A program made the translations under genes and the position numbers. Of a DNA stretch of 64,000 bases, positions 57,731-64,000 are shown piece after piece. Origin of the DNA: Candidatus Latescibacterota bacterium. GTDB taxonomy: Bacteria; Latescibacterota; UBA2968; UBA8231. The notes beneath the pieces were generated by a model. The model searched no databases. It was not told the origin of the DNA and saw nothing but the letters and a program-made list of their open reading frames with translations. The stretch spans positions 1,280,001-1,344,000 of the forward strand of contig CBDCSU010000005.1 in the NCBI GenBank assembly GCA_965221775.1. The letters run 5' to 3'. Numbering within the stretch: the first letter of the stretch is position 1; each line of letters begins with the position of its first letter.

Positions 57731-59415
57731 TTGCTCTCTTCGGGGGCGGCCATGAGGGACAGGTGCCCCCGGTCGACCTCGATCTGCAGCTGCGACCCGC
57801 CGGCGCCGAGGTGGCCGCTGACGGTGTGGCCGCCGCGGCTGGTGGCCGCCACCTCGAGGGGCAGGTCGGTCGCCGCGCGGCCGCGCTCCACGTGCCCGAG
57901 GACCTCCAGGGACGACTCGCGGGGCACCCGCAGGTGGACGCTGCCGCGCGAGCACTGCACCGTGCACGGGGACTCCACGGGCTGCTCCCAGCGGATCTCC
58001 ACGTCGCCGCGCTGGCTGTGGACGGTGACCTCCGAGCCCGGGCTCCGGAGCAGGGCGCGGCCGCCGCCGCAACGCAGGGCGACGCGGCCGGCGACCTCGC
58101 GCAGCTCCACCGGCGCGTGGTCGCTGCGGACCATGGCCTCGCCGCCCACGGCGCGGGCCCTCACCGGCGACCGCGAGGCCCGCAGCACGAGTTGGCCGCC
58201 CACGCCGGAGACCGCCACCGGGGAGTGGCTGGCGCGCACCACGGCGCCGCCGCCGACGTCGGAGAGCTTCACGGGCCCGTGGGAGGTGGTCAGCTGCAGC
58301 TCCTGGCCGACGCCGGAGATCTTCATGGGCGAGTGGCTGCCGTCGACCGAGAGACCGGCCCCCAGGCCCTCGGCCTCCAGGGGGCCGTGGCGCACCCGGA
58401 GGCGCGCGTCGCCGCTGACGCGGCGGATGCTCACGGGGCCATGGGCGCCGGACAACTCCAGGGAGCCGACGACGCGCCGGACCTTGGCCGGGGAGTGCTG
58501 CAGGCGCAGGGTGGCCGACCCCTCCACGGACCTCACGTTCACCTTGGAGTGACGGGCCTCGAGGTTGAGCCCGCCCCCCAGCTGGCGCACGTCCGCCTTC
58601 CCGTGGCGCTGCCGGAGGACGGTGTCGCCGCCGATGCCTTCCAGCGTCGTGGGGCCGTGGCTGGCGTCGATGGCGGCATCGGCCTCGAGGCCGGCGACGT
58701 CGACCTCGCCGCGGGCGTTGCGCAGGTCCACCGATACCTTCGGGTGCACTCGCAGGACGAAGTGACAGGTCACCCGGCCCGGCCCCTCGTTGACGCTACC
58801 GGAGCCCTGGGCCTCGACGCGCAGGACGCCTTCGGAGCGGTCGACGCCGAGTCCCACCCGCCGGGCGTCGTTCTTCGCCGTCTCCTCGTCGTGGGCGCCG
58901 GTCACCGTCCGCAACTCCACCCGGGCCTCGTCGCGGTGCCAGGTCCGCACCTGGATCGACCCGCGGTGGTTGCGCAGCACCAGGCGCTCGCCCGGGGACA
59001 GGGGGACCTGATCGGAGAGGTTGTGCTCGACGGTGAAGGCGTACTCGCGGTCGTCGTCGCCGTTGCCGGCCTCGTGGAAAGCGTCGCTGATGGTCCGTCC
59101 CATTTCGTGCAAAGCCTCGCCAACATCGGGCATGGCGGCAAGCGCCTCGTCCACCAGATTGTCCACGTCGGGGATGGTGTCGCGCACGGCGCGGCGCACC
59201 CCCGGCATCGACGCCCGCACCGTCCGCCGGGCGCGGTCGAACTGGTCGCGGATCTCGCCTTCGAGATCCTCGAAGGGGGAGAACCCATCGCGGGGCTTCC
59301 TCCGGCGCGGGGGCGGGTCCCCGTTCCCGAGAGCCCTCAGCAGGCGCTCGGCCTCCTCGGCCGAGATCTTCCCCTCCTCCAGCATGCGCAGCACCGTGGC
59401 GCGCTCCTCGCTCAT
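57727..59415 (-). CDS. SHOCT-like plus DUF4097 (Toastrack) beta-helix protein
   Basis: VLRMLEEGKISAEEAERLL N-terminus; 18-aa beta repeats. Confidence 0.85.
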
Positions 59416-59807
59416 CGTCCGTCCTCCTTCAGTCGCTCCAGCCTGGCCACCGCCGTCTCGGCGTCGATCTCGCCGCTCTCGAGGCGCTCCAGCACTCGCT
59501 TGCTCCCGCCCTCCTCCGGAGGGGTTTCGGGGGTCTCTCCCCGGCGCTCGAAACCCAGCTCGGCGATCACCTCGTCGAGGCGATTGCGCACCGCCGCGTA
59601 GGGCACCCCCAACTCGCGCTCCATCTCCTTGACATTGCCCCGGGCCCGCAGGAAGGCCTCGGCGAAGGCCAGGGACCCCGGCGACAGGCGGTCGAAGACG
59701 GTGGCTGCGAACCGCCCCTTGATCTCGATGTCGCAGCTGCCGCAGTGGAGGCGCGTGATCTGCAGCTCTCCCCCGCAGGCGGGGCAGTGTTCGAGGGCCT
59801 TTCTCAC
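59412..59807 (-). CDS. DUF2089 family (Zn ribbon, HTH, SHOCT-like tail)
   Basis: CPACG..CGSC, RGNVKEMERELGVPYAAVRNRLD, LERLESGEI. Confidence 0.9.
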   Translation of the reverse strand: MRKALEHCPACGGELQITRLHCGSCDIEIKGRFAATVFDRLSPGSLAFAEAFLRARGNVKEMERELGVPYAAVRNRLDEVIAELGFERRGETPETPPEEGGSKRVLERLESGEIDAETAVARLERLKEDGR

Positions 59808-59933
59808 GATTTTTCTCCGAATGGGAGAATTATCCTAACCATTTGAGGGAAAGGCGCAATGATTTTTATCCAATGGAGAAAAACCCATCCTCCGTCGCCT
59901 TGGCTCCTGAAGAGGTCCATTCACCGAGAGAAG

Positions 59934-59958
59934 TTGAATTATTCAATATGCATATTGA
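59934..59958. promoter_or_regulatory. Overlapping palindromes in the divergent DUF2089 intergenic region
   Basis: TTGAAT-T-ATTCAA (59934-59946) and perfect TCAATATGCATATTGA (59943-59958). Confidence 0.65.
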
Positions 59959-60014
59959 CTTTTTTAACCTTCGAGGTAGATTGGTGGCCAATAGTCAAGG
60001 AAGGATCGAGGGTG

Positions 60015-60368
60015 ATGGATATCTCAAAGGCACAGTGCCCCGAATGCTCCAGGGCCCTCCAGGTCGACCGCATGGTCTGCCGCTCCTGCGGGGTGGCCGT
60101 GGAGGGGGAGATCGAGGTCTCGGCCCTCGGCCAGCTCGATCTCGACGACCAGGTCTTCGTCACCGCCTTCCTGCGCAGCCACGGCTCGATCCGGCGCATG
60201 GAGTCCCTCTTCGGGGTCAGCTACCCGACCGTGAAGAACCGGCTCAACCGGATCGTGGCCCGCCTCGACGCCGCCTTCACGCCCCCGCCCTCCGACAACG
60301 CCGAGGTCCTCGACCGGCTGGCGCGCGGGGAGATCACCACCGATCAGGCTCTCGAGGAGCTCTCTTGA
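60015..60368 (+). CDS. DUF2089 family paralogue
   Basis: CPEC..CRSC, GSIRRMESLFGVSYPTVKNRL, LDRLARGEI. Confidence 0.88.
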   Translation: MDISKAQCPECSRALQVDRMVCRSCGVAVEGEIEVSALGQLDLDDQVFVTAFLRSHGSIRRMESLFGVSYPTVKNRLNRIVARLDAAFTPPPSDNAEVLDRLARGEITTDQALEELS

Positions 60369-60595
60369 TCCCTCCCGTGCTCGTCCTCGTCGCCTTCGGG
60401 CGCGGTCCCTGGATGGTGCCCGTGCCCATCCCCGTCCTGCTGCTGTGGCCGCTGGCGCCGCTCGTCATCGCCCACGGCCGCATCGCGCGGGATCCCCGCG
60501 GCATCGCCCTCCTGCGCCTGGCCGCCGCGGCGCGGGGCTTGCGCGTCAGCCTGCGCAGCGGCTCCGGGGAGCGCTTTCTGCTGCGCGTGCTGTAA
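60365..60595 (+). CDS. Small hydrophobic membrane protein
   Basis: TTGA overlap; MIPPVLVLV..PIPVLLLWPLAPL. Confidence 0.6.
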   Translation: MIPPVLVLVAFGRGPWMVPVPIPVLLLWPLAPLVIAHGRIARDPRGIALLRLAAAARGLRVSLRSGSGERFLLRVL

Positions 60596-60617
60596 CCATT
60601 AGAAGAAGGAGACCCCC

Positions 60618-61031
60618 ATGAGTGAAGACCGCCGCAAGATCCTGGACATGCTGGCCGCCGAGCAGATCAGCGTCGACGACGCCCAGCGCCTGCTCGACAA
60701 GGTCGAGCCCCCGCCGGCGCCGGCCGTCGCCCAGGACGATCCCCTGCCCCGGAAGGGGCCCCGCTACCTGCGAATCCACATCGTCGACGACGACGACAAG
60801 GTGGAGCTGCAGATCCCCCTGGCCCTCATCCGCACCGGCATCCGCCTGGGCGCCGTGGTGCCGGACTCGGCCAAGGGCAAGCTGAAGAAACTGAAGAAGC
60901 TGAAGAAGGAGGGCTTCGACATCGACCGGTTCTTCGAGATGGCATCGGAGGATCTGGTGGATTCCCTGGCCGAGCTGGAGGTCAACATCGAAGGCGAGGA
61001 CGGCGAGCGGGTGCGCCTGTTCTGCGAGTAG
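60618..61031 (+). CDS. SHOCT-like domain protein
   Basis: RRKILDMLAAEQISVDDAQRLL, YLRIHI..IPLAL; KLKKLKKLKK 9-bp microrepeat. Confidence 0.8.
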   Translation: MSEDRRKILDMLAAEQISVDDAQRLLDKVEPPPAPAVAQDDPLPRKGPRYLRIHIVDDDDKVELQIPLALIRTGIRLGAVVPDSAKGKLKKLKKLKKEGFDIDRFFEMASEDLVDSLAELEVNIEGEDGERVRLFCE

Positions 61032-61065
61032 ACGGACCGGGGGCCAGCCCGCATATTCGCCCACC

Positions 61066-61539
61066 GTGGAACGGCAACCGATCGACCGGCGCTGCTTCGG
61101 GCGGCGCGTGGTGACCTTGGCCGTCGCCGGGGCTGCCGTCTGGCGCGGGACCGGCGACGCCGGAACCCTGCAGCGGCGGGAGGTGGAGGTCGTCGTCGAC
61201 CTCGACGACCCGCGCTTCGCCGCCCTGCGCGAGGTGGGCGGCGCCATGAAGGTGGTCCCCGAGGGCAGCTTCGAGCCGGTGATCGTCGTGCGCCTGTCGG
61301 AGGACGAGCTGATCGCCTTCAGCAGCGCCTGCCCCCACTGGGGCTGCGAGGTCACCCTGCCCGACGAGGACGGCCTCATCGCCTGCTCCTGCCACGAGAG
61401 CTGGTTCGACATCGAGGGCCGCTACCTGGAGGGCCCCGCCGAGGAGGACCTGCCCCGGGTGAAGCTGGTGGTCTCGGCCGGCACCGGGGTGACGCCCCGC
61501 TCCTGGGGGCGGGTGAAGGACGGGTCCCGCCGCCGCTGA
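61066..61539 (+). CDS. Rieske [2Fe-2S] protein with Tat-like leader and C-terminal SWG.VK tail
   Basis: CPHWGC and CSCHESWF; IDRRCF leader; TGVTPRSWGRVKDGSRRR. Confidence 0.85.
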   Translation: MERQPIDRRCFGRRVVTLAVAGAAVWRGTGDAGTLQRREVEVVVDLDDPRFAALREVGGAMKVVPEGSFEPVIVVRLSEDELIAFSSACPHWGCEVTLPDEDGLIACSCHESWFDIEGRYLEGPAEEDLPRVKLVVSAGTGVTPRSWGRVKDGSRRR

Positions 61540-61610
61540 AAACGCGTTCCTCCCATGGCTTGACATGGGGCTTTCCCGCGGGAAGGTTCTTGCGGAAGGA
61601 GGGCTGCCCA

Positions 61611-61787
61611 ATGAGCCTGGAATCCTATGTGACCCCGGCGGTCGTAGTGGCTGCCACCGCTTTTCTCTGGAAGGTTCTTGGAGCCAGGATCGACGGACTC
61701 GGGGCCCGCATCGACAGCCTCAAGCGGCGATTCGATGCCCTGAACGCCCGGATCGACCGTCACCTGGAGGGCCACCCGTCCCAATGA
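61611..61787 (+). CDS. Small TM plus coiled-coil protein, copy 1 (58 aa)
   Basis: RBS AAGGAGG; MSLESYVTPAVVVAATAFLWK..RIDRHLEGHP. Confidence 0.7.
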   Translation: MSLESYVTPAVVVAATAFLWKVLGARIDGLGARIDSLKRRFDALNARIDRHLEGHPSQ

Positions 61788-61933
61788 GCCTGGAATCCTA
61801 TGTGACCCCGGCGGTCGTAGTGGCTGCCACCGTTTTCCTCTGGAAGGTCCTCGGGGCCCGGATCGACAGCCTCGAGCGGCGATTCGATGCCCTGAACGCC
61901 CGGATCGACCGTCACCTGGAGGGCCACCCGTAA
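61784..61933 (+). CDS. Small TM plus coiled-coil protein, copy 2 (49 aa), tandem duplicate
   Basis: Near-identical DNA to 61611-61778, one 21-bp heptad shorter; ATGA overlap. Confidence 0.7.
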   Translation: MSLESYVTPAVVVAATVFLWKVLGARIDSLERRFDALNARIDRHLEGHP

Positions 61934-61949
61934 GGGAGACGCAGCGAGC

Positions 61950-63563
61950 ATGACGCAAGGCACGGACCACATCGGTTGGGAGGCGTCCAGCGACGCCGGC
62001 GCGGTGGCCGCGGGCGGGGCCGGCGCCGTGGCCGCGGGGATGCGGATCCTCGAGCAGGGGGGCAACGCCGCCGACGCGGCGGCGGCCACCATCTTCGCCC
62101 TGCAGGTGACCGACCACATCGCCTGCTGCATCGGCGGCGAGGTGCCGCTGCTGATCTGGGACGCCGGCCGCGGGGAGGTGAAGTCGCTCTCGGGCCAGGG
62201 CCGCGCGCCGCTGGACCCGGCGGCGATCGACTGGTACATGGCCAACGGAATCCCGGGCCGGGGGGACATGAAGATGGCTCCCGTTCCGGCGGTGGTGGAC
62301 CTGTGCATCACCACCATGCAGCGCTACGGAACGATGTCCCTGGAGCAGGTCGTGGCGCCGACCCTGGAGATCCTCGACGCCGGCGACCGCGAGTGGGAGC
62401 CGAAGCTGGCCCATACCCTGCGGCGCATGGTGGAGGAGGAGGGCCTGGCGGGCGGGTCCCGCGAGGACCGGCTGCAGGCCGCCTGCGACCGCTTCTACGG
62501 CCGCTCCTCACGCTGCAACGACATCGCCGAAGAGCTGGAGGCCGAGTTCGTCAGGCACGGCAGCTTCCTGCGGCGGGCCGACCTGGCCGCGCACCGCACC
62601 ACCATCGAGGAGCCGGCCACCGCCGACTACCGCGGCTACACCGTCTGCAAGTGCGGCCCCTGGACCCAGGGCCCCGCCCTGCTGCAGGCCCTGCGCCTGC
62701 TCGAGGGCTTCGACCTGGCGGCCATGGGCCACCTGTCGGCCGACTACGTCCACGCGGTGGTGGAGGCGATCAAGCTCGCTTTCGCCGACCGCGACGCCCA
62801 CTACGGCGACCCGGAGTTCGTCCACGTCCCCCTGGAGGCCCTGCTCTCCGACGCCTACACCGGCCTGCGCCGGCCCCTGATCGACATGGCCTCCGCCGCC
62901 CCCGAGGCGCGGCCGGGGGACCCGCTGGCCATGGAGGCGGTGAAGGCGGGCGGCGTCTTCCGCCCCGGCGGCGAGGGCACCACCACCTGCGTCGTCGCCG
63001 ACCGCTGGGGCAACGTCGTCTCGGCGACACCGAGCGCCAACGTCGACACCAGCCGCATGGACGGCGGCGAGGCCGGCGTCACCTACGGCAACCGCCTGCG
63101 CAGCCTCAACACGACGCCGGGCCACCCCAACTGCATCCAGCCCGGCAAGCGGCCCCGCATCACCCTCACGCCGACGCTGGTCCTCAAGGACGGCAAGCCC
63201 GCCTTCGCCGTCAGCGTCGCCGGCGGCGACCGCCAGGACCAGACCACCCTGGCCCTGCTGCTGGACGCCATCGACTTCGGCATGACCCCGGCCGAGGCGG
63301 TGCGGGCGCCCCGGTTCTGCACCTTCCATCACCAGAACTCCTTCGACCCCAACCCGCGGCGGGAGCAGACCTTCGACGAGGCGGGTGCGATGGAGATCAA
63401 CGACACGGTGGACCCGAGGGTGCGGGACGAGCTCGAAAGGCGGGGCCACCCGCTGCGGGTGAAGTCGGGGGCGATCTCCACGCCGGTGATGCTGCGGGTC
63501 GATGAAGGCGGGTTCCTGGCCGCCGGCGATCCGGAGGCGGGACGGCACGCGGCCGGGCTCTGA
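61950..63563 (+). CDS. ggt: Gamma-glutamyltransferase family (Ntn hydrolase)
   Basis: GGNAADAA, AFADRD, GTTT nucleophile, PGKRPRITLTP, GGDRQDQ. Confidence 0.88.
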   Translation: MTQGTDHIGWEASSDAGAVAAGGAGAVAAGMRILEQGGNAADAAAATIFALQVTDHIACCIGGEVPLLIWDAGRGEVKSLSGQGRAPLDPAAIDWYMANGIPGRGDMKMAPVPAVVDLCITTMQRYGTMSLEQVVAPTLEILDAGDREWEPKLAHTLRRMVEEEGLAGGSREDRLQAACDRFYGRSSRCNDIAEELEAEFVRHGSFLRRADLAAHRTTIEEPATADYRGYTVCKCGPWTQGPALLQALRLLEGFDLAAMGHLSADYVHAVVEAIKLAFADRDAHYGDPEFVHVPLEALLSDAYTGLRRPLIDMASAAPEARPGDPLAMEAVKAGGVFRPGGEGTTTCVVADRWGNVVSATPSANVDTSRMDGGEAGVTYGNRLRSLNTTPGHPNCIQPGKRPRITLTPTLVLKDGKPAFAVSVAGGDRQDQTTLALLLDAIDFGMTPAEAVRAPRFCTFHHQNSFDPNPRREQTFDEAGAMEINDTVDPRVRDELERRGHPLRVKSGAISTPVMLRVDEGGFLAAGDPEAGRHAAGL

Positions 63564-63685
63564 AGGCGGGGACGGCAGCCGTTGCCCAGTTCGTCCTTCC
63601 TGCAAGATCAGCGCCTACCCCAAGTAGAGCGGCGCGGGGTCCCCACCCCGCACGAGTGATGAAGACCTGGCGCCGGTCGCCCTCT

Positions 63686-64000
63686 TCAGCGGCGGCCCTT
63701 CACCCGTCCCCAAGCCCGCTCCCCCACGGTGGTATCCACGTCAGAGCAGTCCAGTCTGCGCCCACCGCCGGCCAGCAACGCGATCAGTGAGTCCCGTTCC
63801 GCCGGGTCCACGCTGAGCCCGTACTCCCGCTTGACGGCGATGACCCGCTCTGCGAACCACGCGCCGTGATGATCCGGCGTCCATTCTCCGGCGTCGGAGT
63901 CTCTCTTGAGGGTTCGATTCACGGTTGGGTCCGCGATGGTCAGGTTGTCGAGATCGCTGGCGAAGGCTCGACGGCGGTCGTTGTCGATATGGCTGTCGTG
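63686..64000 (-). CDS. 3' end of a DUF1524/HNH-type nuclease-domain protein with WG.VK tail (runs off the window)
   Basis: RRAFASDLDNLTIADPTVNR..KRDSDAGEW..VKREYGLSVD; TTVGERAWGRVKGRR-stop. Confidence 0.75.
   Translation of the reverse strand, partial: HDSHIDNDRRRAFASDLDNLTIADPTVNRTLKRDSDAGEWTPDHHGAWFAERVIAVKREYGLSVDPAERDSLIALLAGGGRRLDCSDVDTTVGERAWGRVKGRR

Overview
GC-rich bacterial chromosomal window with no rRNA, tRNA or CRISPR array. Its gene content (five PhyH-family dioxygenases, many sugar-phosphate isomerase/Gfo-Idh-MocA enzymes, DUF4143 ATPases, small TM coiled-coil proteins) suggests a Latescibacterota/Gemmatimonadota-like, possibly sponge-associated organism; this is inference only. 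It carries housekeeping genes (sahR-ahcY, gap, lgt, eda, two citrate-synthase-family genes), a Fur-box-led hisI/TonB receptor/PepSY/Fur operon, a PAS kinase-NarL pair and two divergent DUF2089/SHOCT operons. Accessory content: intact mntA-hepT and higBA TA pairs, three broken TA remnants, a complete IS630, an IS21 remnant and candidate defence genes (SRA-like HNH, PTP plus macro-like pair, PLD-ATPase). Strongest leads: a shared C-terminal T-x-V-x4-W-G-x-[VA]-K-basic tail on three unrelated proteins (candidate sorting signal), an 18-residue-periodic histidine ladder in the DUF4097 protein, the PLD-ATPase/phosphatase/macro islet, a triple palindromic operator array and an HxG PhyH enzyme. Many start codons were re-chosen by eye, and all function calls come from motif recognition without database searches.
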